Shown here: piece by piece, positions 1 through 13,225 of the stretch
Layout: each line of letters opens with the position of its first letter
How positions within the stretch are numbered: the stretch's first letter is position 1
From: Squalus acanthias
Lineage: Eukaryota
Assembly (NCBI GenBank): GCA_030390025.1
Contig: CM059438.1
Coordinates: 64,482,001-64,546,000 of the forward strand
Reading direction: 5' to 3'
Length of the DNA: 64,000 bases
Translations under genes and position numbers: made by a program
Notes under the pieces: generated by a model
Database searches by the model: none
Seen by the model: only the letters and a program-made list of their open reading frames with translations
What the model was told of the DNA's origin: nothing

Positions 1-287
1 CACACCAAAAACTCAAAAAGGCTCCATAGCACGGACACAATAGAAATGACCTTATCTATAGACTTGTACAGAGCACAATAAACATATAAAGATGTATCCA
101 TGAGAAGATTAGAACTATCCAAGGTTATTTTATATGATGACAGTTACAGCCTTACAGATTTGTTGACATTCCACAGATATGCCTGTCAGCTACATCTGCA
201 GATATTAACTACATAACTAATAAAACCAAAGCAATGTAAGAGAGTCTTTCGTGTAAAGTGGATTTCTTAACTATTTCCTCAATCTTA

Positions 288-1054
288 GGGAGAGAAATTC
301 GGCATGTTAGCGCCCCCAGTTAGCACCTGGCGGGGGCGCTAACGGGGCGCCCAGGCATTAGCGCCAAGGCAGGGCGAATCCCGCGCCGCACGGGCAAATT
401 TGCCGGCCCCATAGCGCCGGTGATAACAGTTAGCACCTCGGCACCTTTCGTCATGCAGATTGTGACGTCACTGAGCGTGCAACGCTCACTGGGCGCCCGA
501 TCTGCAAACTTCAGTAGCACCCCCCGCCTTACCGCCTCACGCCAATAGCGCCAGGGAGCGGAGGCGTGAACCAGCCGGCTGGCGGCTGGCGGGGCGCTGC
601 TTAAAGGGATGCACCCCAGCTGTCAAGGAACTTACGTTCCAAAGGTCAGTTATGAGTGGCAGAGAGCGCAGGATGTATCTGCAGCCAAATAAAGGCTGCT
701 TAGTCCCCGGAGTGTTGCGGGCCGTCAAAGGACTTTGCATTTCAGCCCACAGCATATCGCCGTTCTGCGCTCCCCGAATCAGTGGGGGCTGGTGCGCAGA
801 CTCCAGTGACCCTCCCCTTTAATGGCTGCAAGGCGCCTTCACCAATGCTCACTCCCGATTACACAACACCTCATATTCCTTATCGCTTGGAGCCTAACGC
901 CACTCACCTATGCCATTAGCCCCTGATTTAGCGCTCGCCTGCATCCTTTGAGCGCCGAGACTGAATTTAGCAGAAATTGATTAGCGCCTGGGGCTCAACT
1001 TCCAACTTCTCAAGAGTTAGCGCTCTAAACGGGGCGGTTCCGAATTTCTAGCCC
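288..1054. mobile_element. Non-autonomous PIF/Harbinger element (MITE) related to the 48172-51929 family
   Basis: TIRs GGGAGAGAAATTCGG...CCGAATTTCTAGCCC; TTA duplicated at 285-287 and 1055-1057; left ~200 bp aligns by eye to the reverse complement of 51720-51929. Confidence 0.85.
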
Positions 1055-1285
1055 TTAATCTCTAGGGGGCGATGGAGATGTGCCCATGGTGGCGCGGGCG
1101 CCCACTGGATCCATGTACATCAGGTGCGCTCCTACTCAAACCACAAAATCCAGACTGATCAGAGGCTGAGGGCTTGAACAGACTTGATCCTGGCATAACC
1201 GTTGGGATTTATGGGGCTGTTTTCTACTACAGGCCTTCAAACCAATATCATTTTGACTCTGCTTAAATTACTGGGACCAATTTCC

Positions 1286-1563
1286 AACAATAACTTGTAT
1301 TTATATAGCGCCTTTAATGTAGTAAAATGTCCTAAGGCACTTCATAGGAGTGTTATAAAACAAAATTTGACACCAAGCCACATGAGATATTCGGGAAGAT
1401 GTCTAAAAGCTTGGTCAAAGAGGTAGGTTTTAAGGAGCATCTTACAGGAAGAAAGAGAAGTAGAGAGGCAAAGAGGTTTAGGGAGGGAATTCCAGAGCTT
1501 GGGGCCTTGACAGCTGAAGGCAGGGCCGCCAATGGTGGAGTGATTAAAATCGGGGATGTGCAA
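1286..1563 (-). mobile_element. L2 LINE 3' fragment
   Basis: Peptide GGPAFSCQGPKLWNSLP...LLKTYLF on the minus strand, plus the same 3' tail as 38305-39085. Confidence 0.85.
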
Positions 1564-2232
1564 CCAGTCTGTTTGTTCCATCACGAAGACTGCCTACTTC
1601 CACCTTTGTAATATCACCTGTCTCCACCCCTGCCTCAGCCAATCTGCTGCTGAAACATTCATCTGTGCTTTTGGTACCTCCAGACTCGACTATTCCAATG
1701 CTCTCCCAGTCGGCCTCCTATCTTCCACCCTCCATAAGCTTGAGCCCATCCAAAAATCTGCTGTCCGTATCCTAATTTGCACCAAGTCCCGTTCACCTTT
1801 TACCCCTGTGCTCACTGACCTACATTGGCTCCTGGTCCGGCAATGCCTCAATTTTAAAATTCTCATTCTCATGTTCAAATCCATCCATTGCCTTGCCCCT
1901 CCATATCTCTGTAATCCCCCCAAGCCCTACAACTCCCCAAGAACTCTGTGCTCCTCGAATTTATGGCCTCTTGCGCAGGGCCAATTTTCATCTCTCTACC
2001 ATTGGTAACCGTGCCTTCAGTTGCCTGGGCCTTAAGCTCTGGAATTCCCTCTTTAAAGGTCTACACCTCTCCACCACTCTCTCCTCCTTTAAGATGCTCC
2101 TTAAAACCTAACTCTTTGATCAAGCTTTTGGTCACCTGTCCTAATGTCTCCTTCTTTGGGTCGGTGTCAATTTTTGTCTGATTACGCTCCTGTGAAGCAC
2201 CTTGGGATGCTTTACTATGTTAAAGGTGCGAT
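1564..2232 (+). mobile_element. L2 LINE 3' fragment (ORF2 C-terminus, decayed)
   Basis: ORF 1556-2008 SITKTAYFHL...SRLDYSNAL...LHWL, typical L2 ORF2 C-terminus, followed by the L2 tail. Confidence 0.9.
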
Positions 2233-4154
2233 AAATTCCCATTCTTGATGTTGAGAATTTGGCTTTTCGCAGAATCCCAGGAAAATTATGTGGGAGGGAT
2301 TCTGACATCAGTCCTTTGTCATTTACATAAAATTTAAATGTCCCCATCTTCATTCAGGTTGAAGCTTCCTGCCCATGTTGAGAGATGCCACAGAAAATGT
2401 GTGACAAGCACAAAGGGGGCAGAGACCTAATGTAACAGGCGGATGGCCCAGAACTAGGTAGTCATCGGCCATTAGGCAGAAGATCAGCTCCATTCTGTGA
2501 GAGACACTCAGTTAGCTGTAATAAATATCTGTTTGTATTAGTGAATTTTCAAACGTTATCATTTTTAAATATTATTCAAGGTACCTGATTCCACTGCTTA
2601 TTGAAGTGCTGGTCCTGCTCACAGATATAAATAAAATTTAGCACCATATAAAGCAACAAGTGCAGTATAAGATGTGTTCAGCATTGCTTAAACGACTGTG
2701 GCTGGAAAATTGGTACTGAAGTATTGTCGCCCTGTCTCCCTGTCTCCAACCCATACACCCTTCAAACACAGCTCCCTGCTGGGACCCCTGAATTTACCCT
2801 CAGATCTAATGATAGAAACACTGAGTCTGGTGAAGTTTAATTAGAGATGATGCTCATGAACCTCCCAATGGAATGAAAACCTCATAACCCGCTCCCCAAA
2901 TATCTATTATTCTATTTTTTGTTTGTGGTATTTAAATGGGAACTTCATACAGTCAGCATAACAAATGTGACTGATGTGTCAAAAAGTAGTAAAGGTTTGC
3001 TGCGATATCCTTAGATTAATGAGTCCTAGCATCCTTACTTGTGATTCATACAGTTTAATTTGTAAAGCTGCATGAGAATCTTTTGAAGCAGTTTGCATGG
3101 GTTCTCCCTTATTGCTATCCTGCCAGTTACTCTCAGCATATCATCTCAGTTGAGGGTCTGAACTCTTGCCCTCCTTTCAGTCTTTTGCTCCGAGGTACTA
3201 ACACTTATAATACAGCCAAGGGGCTGCTTGTGGACCTACCTCCCCACTTCACCCAGGGCCCTCAGCAGGCTTTCTACACCATGTGCCTCTGGGCCTTCAT
3301 TTGAAGACTGTACAGCAGTGGGAAGCTGAATGACTCTGGTTCGTTCACTGCTGTTTCCTCTCCTTTTCTTCATAAGAAAGAAAGGGAATGGTACCTGAAG
3401 GGGGGATTATCCCAGCTTCCATGTAACATATAAGCAGGTGACGGCCCCCAGTTTTGAAATTTGCTCCCTGTTGAATGTGTTTCAGATCAAAATCCAGCAA
3501 CTGTCCGTTCTTCAGATGAGACATTATTTCTCAGGCTATGTAAACGCTTTGATCCCAGTTTGAAAGTTCTGGAAAAATTCAACAGCAAGTAATTCTGATT
3601 CAAATGATAAAATTCCCTCTTCTGATTCAGATTTTTGTTTATTCCTTTGGTTGTTGACATAATTGAAAAACGCTGCTGGCAGAAGCTGCAATCAGATGTG
3701 TTTTGAATTTTCTATTTTTGTTTCTCTCCCGCCCGTGACTTTCTCCTCCTGCTGGCTCTGGACCACATACATCCTGCAATTAGAGCCTTGGCCTCTGACA
3801 AAAAAAAAGTACTGAAGAACGAACCAGTGGAGACCGCTCCCCCCCCGACCCGATTTTATTTCATCACCGACTCTTTCTTCCCCCTGCCCAACACACACAA
3901 TGAATAGATTCTGAGGTTCTTGGCCTACATGCAAGCTCACCTCATGCATAGCAAGGTAGGGAATTCTAGCCAAGGGGAGTGTGAAAGTAATTCTGGGCTC
4001 CAGTATACCCAAATCCCTAGCGCTGGTACTCTGGTGCACTCTGCTGTCCTACTGTCCTGTAATTGGATTATTTTAAAAGAAAAGGCCTATGTTGCCATTG
4101 CTGGGTATATTTTGGAATTGGTTCTCAGGACAAGAGCAGCAATGTTTTAGGAAC

Positions 4155-4340
4155 ACCGTCACCTCCAAGACACACACCATCCTGCCATGGATATATATCG
4201 CTGTTCCTTCATCGTTGCGAGGTGAATAACTTGGAATTCCCTACCGATCACCATTGTGGGCATGCCATCACCACAAGGACTTCTCAGAGGAGCTGGGGAT
4301 GGGCAATAAATGCGTCCTTGTTAGCAACACCTACATCACC
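4155..4340 (+). mobile_element. 3' fragment of the non-LTR retrotransposon family seen at 43236-44545
   Basis: GTTCCTTCATCGTTG...TGGAATTCCCT...GGGATGGGCAATAAATGC matches that family's 3' end. Confidence 0.65.
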
Positions 4341-7300
4341 TAACATGATAGAATTCTTCATTAAGATGGAAAGTGAAGTAGTCCAATCCGAAACTAGGGT
4401 CCTAAATCTAAACAAAGGAAACTATGAATGTATGAGGAGGGAGTTGGCTATGATAGATTGGGGAGCTTCAATAAAAGGCATGACGGTGGCTAGGCAATGG
4501 CTAACATTTAAGGAACGAATGCATGAATTGCAACAGTTATACATTCCTTTCTGGCGCAAAAACACAAAAGGAAAAGCGGACCAACCATGGCTAACAAAAG
4601 AAATTAAGGGTAGTATTAGATCCAAAGAGAAGTCATATAAAGTTGGCAGAAAAAGTAGCAAGCCTGAGGATTGGGAGCAGTTTAGAATTCAGTAAAAAAG
4701 GACCAAGAGATTGATTAAGAGGGGAAAAATAGAATACGAGAGTAAACTTGCAAGGAACATAAAAGTGGACTGTAAAAGCTTCTACAAGTATGTAAAAAGA
4801 AAAAGATTAGTGAAGACAAATGTAGGTCCCTTACAGTCAGAAATGAGAGAATTTAGAATGGGGAACAAGGAAATGGCAGAGCAATTAAACAAATACTTTG
4901 GTTCTGTCTTCACAGAAGAGGACACAAATAACTTCCCAGAAATGCTAAGGAACCAAGGGGGAAAAATTCAGTTGGTTGCGCCTCCCGTTAGCGCCTTAAG
5001 AGGGCGCTAATGGGGCGCAAATCATCTAGCGCCCAGGCACGGCGAAGTTTGCGCCGCTCGCGAAATTAACTAGTCATTTTGCGGCGGCGCTAAACACTAC
5101 CGCCACGATCTCCTGCGCCAGCAGATCGTGACGTCAGTCGAGTGCGCAACGCCCCGGTATCGCCCCGGAGCAGATATTGAGTGGCGCCCCCTGCCTTACT
5201 GCCTGACGCTAGCAACGACAGGTTGAGGGGAGTGTTTTGCAGTCATGAAGGGACTGAGGGAGTGCTATTTAAAGGCGACTGCTGCCTGCCTTTTATTGTT
5301 GGTGCCATTTTTGAACCACGCATTCTGAGAGAGAGGGAGAGAGTCTTCTGGAGAGATTCAACGCTGTGTGAAGGAGTTTTGGGTACTGAGCAGCACTTTG
5401 CAGGTTAATTTTGATTTGCCATTCCTTGTATCGATTTAGAAGAGACTGTGGGGGCTGCACTCTGAGCTCTTTGCCTGGTACTCTCCATTGTTCTTTCCAG
5501 CAGATTTGATGTGCAGGTCTCTCCAGGCCGAGATTCAAGGCTGCAATGAGCAGGATGTGGATGGAAAGCAAGCTCAACCATCCCCTTTAAGAACTGGCCC
5601 GTGCCATTGTGTGTGCATTCCGTTGCTGACTGACATCACATGAGCTTCGCCAGTGTTCTGAGGTAGCGCCTCGCTCCTCGGCCTTTGTGCCTTAAGACAG
5701 GTGTGAAGCGCCTGATTTAGCGCTCCAATCACCTCCAGGGGCGATAAAAGTCAAGTTTGCAGTCAGTGGCGATAATTAGCACCAGGCGCTAATCTTTGAG
5801 CCCGGCCGATAATTGCGCCCCAAATGGGGCGATACTGAATTTCTCCCCCCAAAGGTCTAGTGAGAAGGAGGAATTAAAGGAAATTAGTATTAGTAAAAAA
5901 AATAGTACTGGAGAAATTAATGAGACTGAAAGCTGATAAATCCCCAAGGCCTGATAATCTGCATCCCAGAGTACTAAAAGAGGTAGCCGTGGAAATAGTG
6001 GATGCATTGGTTGTCATCTTCTAAAATTCTATAGATTATGGAACAGTTCCTGCAGATTGGAGGGTGGCAAATGTAGCCTCACTATTTAAAAAAGGAGGGA
6101 GAGAGAAAACAGGGAACTACAGACCGGTTAGCCTAACATCAGTAGTAGGGAAAATGCTAGAGTCTATTATAAAGGATTTGATAACAGGACACTTAGAAAA
6201 TATCAACGGGATTAGACAAAGTCAACATGGATTTATGAAAGGGAAATCGTGTTTGACAAACCTACTGGAGTTTTTTGAGGATGTAACTGATAGAATAGAT
6301 AAGGGAGAACCAGTGGATGTGGTGTATTTGGATTTTCAGAAGGCCTTTGATAAATTCCCATATAAGAGGTTAGTGTGCAAAATTAAAGCACATGGGATTG
6401 GGGGTAATATACTGGCATGGATTGAAAATTGGTTAACAGACAGGAAACAGAGAATAGGAATAAATGGGTCTTTTTTGGGGTGGCAGGCGATGACTAGTGG
6501 GGCACCGCAGGGATCAGTGCTTGGGCCCCAGTTATTCACAATGTATATCAATGATTTGGATGAGGGAACTAAATGTAATATTTCCAAATTTGCTGACGAC
6601 ACAAAACTAGGTGGGATTGTGAGTTGTGAGGAGGATGCAAAGAGGCTTCAAGGCGATTTAGACAAGTTGAGTGAGTGGGCAAATACATGGCAGATGCAGT
6701 ATAACGTGGATAAATGTGAAGTTATCCACTTCGGTAGGAAAAACAGAAAGGCAGAGTATTATTTAAATGGTGATAGATTGGGAAATGTTGATGTACAAAT
6801 GGACCTGATTGTTCTTGTACACCAGTCACTGAAAGCAAACATGCAGGTGCAGCAAGCAGTTAGGAAGGCAAATGGTATGTTGGCCTTCATTGCAAGAGGA
6901 TTTGAGTACAGGAGCAAGGATGTCTTACTATAGTTGTACAGGGCCTTGGTGAGACCACACCTGGAGTACTGTGTGCAGTTTTGGTCTCCTTACCTAAGAA
7001 TAGAGGGAGTGCAGCAAAGGTTCACCAGACTGATTCCTGGGATGGCAGGACTGTCGTATGAGGAGAGATTGAGTTGACTGGGCCTGTATTCACTAGAGTT
7101 TAGAAGAATGAGAGGAGATCTCATTGAAACGTATAAAATTCTGACAGGGCTAGACAGACTGGATGCAGGGAGGATGTTTCCCTTGGCTGGGGGGGGTCTA
7201 GAACGAGGGGTCACAGTCTCAGGTTACGGGGTAGGACATTTAGGACTGAGATGAGGAGAAATTTCTTCACTCAGAGGGTGTTGAACCTGTGGAATTCTCT

Positions 7301-7505
7301 ACCACAGAAAGCTGTGGAGGCCAAGTCACTGAATATTTTTAAGAAGGAGATAGATAGATTTCTAGATCCAAAGGGCTCAAGGGGTATGGGGAGTGAGCGG
7401 GAATATGGTATTGAGATAGAGGATCAGCCATGACCATATTGTATGGCGGAGCAGGCTCGAAGGGCTGAATGACCTACTCCTGCTCCTATTTTTCTATGTT
7501 TCTAT
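4340..7505 (+). mobile_element. CR1 (HER1-like) LINE, 5'-truncated, ORF2 pseudogene; interrupted by a MITE at 4957-5849
   Basis: RT motifs NYRPVSLTS, LDFQKAFD, PQGSVLGP, KFADD in ORF 6064-6933; in-frame stops; TTTCTATG-type tail ending at 7505. Confidence 0.95.
4957..5849. mobile_element. Harbinger-type MITE nested in CR1
   Basis: TIRs GGGGGAAAAATTCAGT / ACTGAATTTCTCCCCC; CAA duplicated at 4954-4956 and 5850-5852; CR1 resumes on the far side. Confidence 0.85.
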
Positions 7506-7540
7506 CACAATTTAAAAAAACCTCTGCCTTTGCTTAATTG

Positions 7541-7694
7541 ATGCGGAGATGCCGGCGTTGGACTGGGGTGGACAAAAATGAGAAGTCGCACAACACCAGG
7601 TTATAGTCCAACAGATGTATTTAAAATTACAAGCTTGTAATTTTAAATAAATCTGTTGGACTATAACCTGGTGTTGTGCGACTTCTCATTTTTG
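7541..7694. repeat. Penelope-like (pLTR-derived) foldback element with a 122-bp palindrome
   Basis: 7573-7694 is a palindrome centred on AAG|CTT with one mismatch; TTTGCTTAATTG repeated on both flanks; family assignment from recalled similarity. Confidence 0.7.
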
Positions 7695-7710
7695 CTTAAT
7701 TGGTTTTATT

Positions 7711-9495
7711 TGAATCATAGAATCATGGAATCATAGAATGGGTACAGCACAGAAGGAGGCCATTTGGCCCATCTAGCCTATGCCGGCTCTCTGCAAGAGC
7801 ACTTCAGCTAGTCCCACTCACCCACCCTTTCTCTGTAGCCCTGCAAAGTTTTTTCCTTCATATACTTATCCAATTCCATTTTGAAAGCCACGATTGAGGC
7901 TGCCTCCCCCACCCTTTCAAGCAGTGCATTCCAGATCCTAACCACTCGCTGCATAAAAAAGTTTTTCCTCATGTTGCCTTTGGTTCTTTTGCCAATCACC
8001 TTGAATCTGTGTCCTCTGGTTCTCGACCGCTCTGCCAATGGAAACAGATTCTCTCTATATACTCTGTCTAGACCCCTCATGAGTTTGAATATCTCTATCA
8101 AATCTCCTCTCAACCATCTCTGCTCCAAGGAGGACAACCCCAGCTTCTCTAGTCTATCCATGTAACTGAAGTCCTTCAGTCCTGGAATCATTCTCGTAAA
8201 TCTTTTCTGCACCCTCTCTAAGGCCTTCGCATCCTTCCTAAAGTGTGGCGCCCAAAATTGGACACAGTACTCCAGTTGGGGCCGAACCAGTGTTTTACAC
8301 AAGTTCATCATAATTTCCACACTTTTGTACTCTATACCTCTATTTATGAAGCCCAGGAAGCCTTTTTAACTGCTTTCTCAACCTTCCCTGCCACCTTCAA
8401 TGATTTGTGCGCACATACCCTCAGGTCTCTCTGTTCGTGCACCCCCTTTCGGATTGTACCCTTTAGTTTATATCGCCTTTCCTCATTCTTTCTACCAAAA
8501 TGTATCACTTCACATTTTTCTGCGTTAAATTTCATCTGCCACGTGTCTGCCCATTTCACCAGCCTGTCTATGTCTTCTTGAAGTCTATCACTATCCTCCT
8601 CACTGTTCACTATACTTCCAAGTTCTGCAAATTTTGAAACTGTGCCCTGTACACCCAAGTCCAAGTCATTAATATATATCAAGAAAAGCAGTGGTCCTAG
8701 TACCGACCCCTGGGGAACACCACTGTATACCTTCCTCCAGTCCAAAAAAACAACCGTTCACTACTTTCTGTTTCCTGTCACTTAGCCAATTTCGTATCCA
8801 TGCTGCCACTGTCCCTTTTATACCATGGGCTTCAACTTTGCTGGCAAGCCTATTATGTGGCACTTTATCAAATGCCTTTTGGAAGTCCATATACACCACG
8901 TCAACTGCATTGCCCTCATCAACCCTCCCTGTTACCTCATCAAAAAACTCGACCAAGTTAGTTAAACACGATTTGCCTTTAACAAATCCGTGCTGGCTTT
9001 CCTTAATTAACCCACACTTGTCCAAGTGACTGTTAAGTTTGTCCCTGATTATCATTTCTAAAAGCTTCCCCACTACCAAGGTTAAACTGACTAGCCTGTA
9101 GCTGCTGGGTTTATCTTTACACCCATTTTTGAACAAGGATGTAACATTTGCAGTTCTCCAGTCCTCTGGCACCACCCTCCTTTTCCAAGGAGGATTGGAA
9201 GATTATGGCGAGCACCTCTGTGATTTGCTCCTTAACCTCCCTCAGCATCCTAGGATGCATCCCATCCGTTCCTGGTGACGTAACAACTTTAAGTACAGCC
9301 TGCCTTTCTAGTATCTCCTCTTTATCAATTTTTATCTCATCCAGTATCTCTACTACCACCTCTTTCACTATAACTTTGGCAGCATCTTCTTCCTTGGTGA
9401 AGACAGATGTAAAGTATTCATTTAATACCTCAGCCATGCCCTCTGCCTCCACGTGTAGGTCTCCTTTTTGGTCCCTGAATGGCCCCACCCCGATT
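7711..9495 (-). mobile_element. CR1 LINE, 5'-truncated, frameshifted ORF2
   Basis: Minus ORFs 8669-9175, 8344-8745 and 7808-8320 with DFQKAFDKV, GVPQGSVLGP, LVRPQLEYC; ATTCTATG repeat tail. Confidence 0.95.
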
Positions 9496-10137
9496 TGGTA
9501 TTATCTAATGAGACTGCTCAGCTGCAAGTGGCTCTCAGCGATATTGATGTATAGCATTGCTTTGCACAATGATTCAGCTTTTAATCTCTTCCACAATTGC
9601 AGTGAAAATCTAGATCATTAACTTTCAATGTGAATTTACTCCTGCTTCACCTGTTATTCAGTTTCTTGTGACGAACCAACTACTGCTCTCTCCGGTTGAT
9701 CAAACCTCCTCTCCCTCCCTGACCGTATGGCTGACATTCCCTTTTCATGACCTCCCTTAGTTCTTACTGATAATTCTATCTCTCAAACTATGCCCCCTCA
9801 GTTGTCCCAGATTGCAGACTCATCAGCATGCCTGCACTTCATAACTGCACATTGACAGTATTGAGGTGAGCTAGTGTCTAGTGATCCATTGATAATGTTC
9901 TGTGGGTAATTTTAACTAAAGCTGAAATGTGGCTAATACAACAGGGTTGCATTCAGTTGTTGGTCGTGGGATTTATAATGGTATCCTGACTGCTTGTACA
10001 CTACTGCAGTCGAATAGTCTGACGACACTCAGTAAGAAAATGATGACAAACAAAAATGATGCCAACCTATTGTGCTTTCTACAACTTAATTGGGCAAGAA
10101 GGAAAAACACAGTATATGATTTGGCATAACACAAAGC

Positions 10138-12758
10138 TCTCTTAGGCAGTCCCTCGGAACCGAGGATGACTTGCTTCCACATTAAAAATGATTTCTCAGG
10201 TGACTGATGAGTCCAATGCGGGACCTACAGTCTCTGTCACAGGTGGGGCAGACGGAGGTTGAAGGGGCAGGTGGGTGGGGTGCTTGGGTTAATGTGCGCT
10301 CCTTCCGCTCTTTGCGCTTGGCTTCCGCTTGCTCCCAGCGAAGAGACTTGAGGTGTTCGGCGCCTTCCCGGATTCTTCTCCTCCACTTTGTGCGGTCTTG
10401 GGCCAGGGATTCCCAGGTGTCGGTGGGGATGTTGCACTTTTTCAATGAGGCTTTGAGGGTGTCCTTGAAGCGTTTCCTTTGCCCACCTGGGGCTCTCTTG
10501 CCGTGTCGGAGCTCCGAGTAGAGCGCTTGTTTTGGGAGTCTCGTATCGGGCTAGCGGACGATGTGACCCGTCCGTAGGAGCTGATCGAGCGATGCTGGGG
10601 ATATTGGCCTGAGCGAGAACACTGACGTTGGTGCGCCTATCCTGCCAATGGATTTGCAAGATCTTGCGGAGCCATCGTTGGTGGTACCTCTCCAGTGCTT
10701 TGAGGTGCCTGCTATACATGGTCCATGTCTCTGAGGCATACAGCAGGGCGGGTATCACTGCTGCTCTGTAGACCATGAGCTTAGTGCCGGGTTTGAGGTC
10801 CTGGTCTTCAAACACTCTCTTCCTCAGGCGACCGAAGGCTGTACTGGCACACTGAAGGCAGTGTTGGACTTCGTCATCGACGTCTGCCCTTGTTGACAGT
10901 AGGCTCCCGAGGTATGGAAAGTGGTCCACGTTGTCCAAGGCCTTGTCGTGGATTTTGATAATCGGGGGGCAGTACTGTGTGGTGGGGCCAGGTTGGTAGA
11001 GAACCTTTGTCTTACGGATGTTTAGTGTAAGGCCTATGCTCTCGTACTGTCGAAGTTTGACTTCCGATTAAAGACTCTTGTAGACAATATCGTCAAAGAA
11101 GGCTTTTTATTATATTTTACTTGCAAGGAGACTGCAACCATAGCCCAATTAGCTATGATGACAGACTGCCGAATCACAGAAAATGGAGTATTCTTATACA
11201 GTATAATATCACATGACATGTTGTTTAAGGTAAGCTAAGTTAACAATTAGAAAAAACACATTAAAAATGCCTTACAATGAGACTAGCTAATCTCTATAAA
11301 ATGGAGTCTATCTATTTTACTTCTCTTACCAAGGCTAAGGCGACTGGTTTGTTTACTTTACTAGCCCTTGGTTATCTCAATATTAAGCCTGTTTTCTTTT
11401 GTGCAGGCAGTCTTTTGCTGACAGCATAGTCTAAGAATTTAAAGTTATTTTCAGAAAAGAACATAACAATGGATTTTTTTCCTTTTCCACACAAGTCAGA
11501 GTCGGCCATTTTATTAGTTTAAATTCAAGGACACCATTTTGTCCGAGACAAAAACTGCACTTCCACAGTACGCTTTGGTGAAGGTGTTGACGATGGTTTG
11601 GAGTTCGACCTCCGAGTGAGCGCAGACGCAAGCGTCGTCTGTGTACTGTAATTCGACGACAGAGGCTGGGATGACCTTGGATCTGGACTGGAGGTGATGG
11701 AGGTTGAACAGTTTCCTGTTTGTTCTGTAAATTAGCTCCACTCCAGCAGGGAGCTTATTGAGGGTGAGATGGAGCATTGCAGCAAGGAAGATCGAGAGGA
11801 GCGTTGGTGCGATGACACAGCCTTGCTTGACCCCGGTCCGTACGTGAATTGGGTCTGTGGTGGAACCGTTGGTCAGGATCACGGCTTGCATGTCGTCGTG
11901 AAGCAGGTGGAGGATGGTGACAAACTTTTGAGGGCAGCCGAATTTGAGGAGGACACTCCATCATCCCTCACGGTTGACAGTGTCGAAGGCCTTTGTGAGA
12001 TCAAAGAAGGCCATGTACAGCGGTTGGTGCTGTTCCCTGCATTTCTCTTGTAATTGACCCGCGGTGAAGATCGTGTCCATTGTGCCCCTTAGTGGGTGGA
12101 ATCCGCGTTGCGACTCTGGCAGGAGTTCTTCAGCCACTGGGAGAAGGCGATTGAGGAGGATTCTTGCGATGACTTTCCCTGTGGCAGACAGCAGGGAAAC
12201 TCCTCTGTAATTACCGCCATCGGAAATGTCACCTTTCTTGAAGATGGTCACAATTACGGCGTCTGAGATCCCCTAGCATGCTCTCCTCCTTCCAGATAAG
12301 AGAAATGAGTTCATGAATTTCGCACCAGTGGTGTTTCTCCGCCATGCTTTAGTGCCTCGGCGGGGATTCCATATCCTCCTGAGGCCTTGTTGTTCTTCAG
12401 TTGTTGGATAGCCTTTTCAACCTCATGCCGGGCTGGGGTTGTGCTGAGATGGTGGCGGGTAGCATGCTGCGGGATGGAGTTGAGGACACTCGCGTCGAAG
12501 ACAGAGTCTCGGTTAAGAAGATCTTCGAAGTGCTCCTTCCAGCGGGCACTGACTGTCTCTCTGTCCTTGATGAGTACCTCTCCATTCTTGGCCCGCAGTG
12601 GGGTAGGACCTTGGGTGCTTGGGCCGTAGATGGTCTTGACTGCGCTAAAGAATCCACGCACGTCGTGGTTGTCAGCTAGCTGCTGGATCTCCTGCGCTTT
12701 TTCCACCCACCATCTGTTCTTTAGATCGCGAGTTTTTTGTTGAACCTCGGCCTTCAGG
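10138..12758 (-). mobile_element. RTE-clade (BovB-like) LINE, 5'-truncated, interrupted by a solo LTR
   Basis: ARWKEHFEDLLN, NYRGVSLLS, FFDLTKAFD, GVKQGCVIAP, LQYTDD and a C-terminal CPTC..H..H zinc-finger motif; CAAAGC at 10132-10137 and 12759-12764 as probable TSD. Confidence 0.9.
11048..11567 (-). mobile_element. 520-bp solo LTR (Gypsy/ERV type)
   Basis: Termini TGTCGAAG...CTTCCACA; 4-bp TSD GTAC (11044-47, 11568-71) splitting the RTE; AATAAA on the minus strand ~60 bp from its 3' end. Confidence 0.75.
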
Positions 12759-13225
12759 CAAAGCAAAGTACTAAACAATCACTGGCTTTGATAGCAACAT
12801 GATTGTCTGATGTATTATTTCTTTTGAACCCAATCGAATAATTGCCTGACAGATTTGCTCATGTAATCCAATGTATTTGTTTGAAAAGACCTATTTGGAG
12901 GGCAGTACTACTTTATATAACACTTGGATTGGGAATGACAATTAGTCAAGGTCACACTGGGCAAAGTGTTCGAAAAAGGAACAAAGGCAACAAATAAAGG
13001 TTCAAACTTAAGCCTGACAATGAGTACACTGAGGGTTTGACAATGCTGCCTTATCCAATCACAGCACTGAAGATGATCCTGTAGACAGAGCGTCCTTGAT
13101 GGCAAAATACCATTTTCTCATTCTTTGTTTTCTTCGATTGTTACGGAACTTGATGTGATCTCATACAGCACCCACCATGCTCTTGAAACTACCTGAGACA
13201 CTTTGTACATAATACGCAAGGCAGT

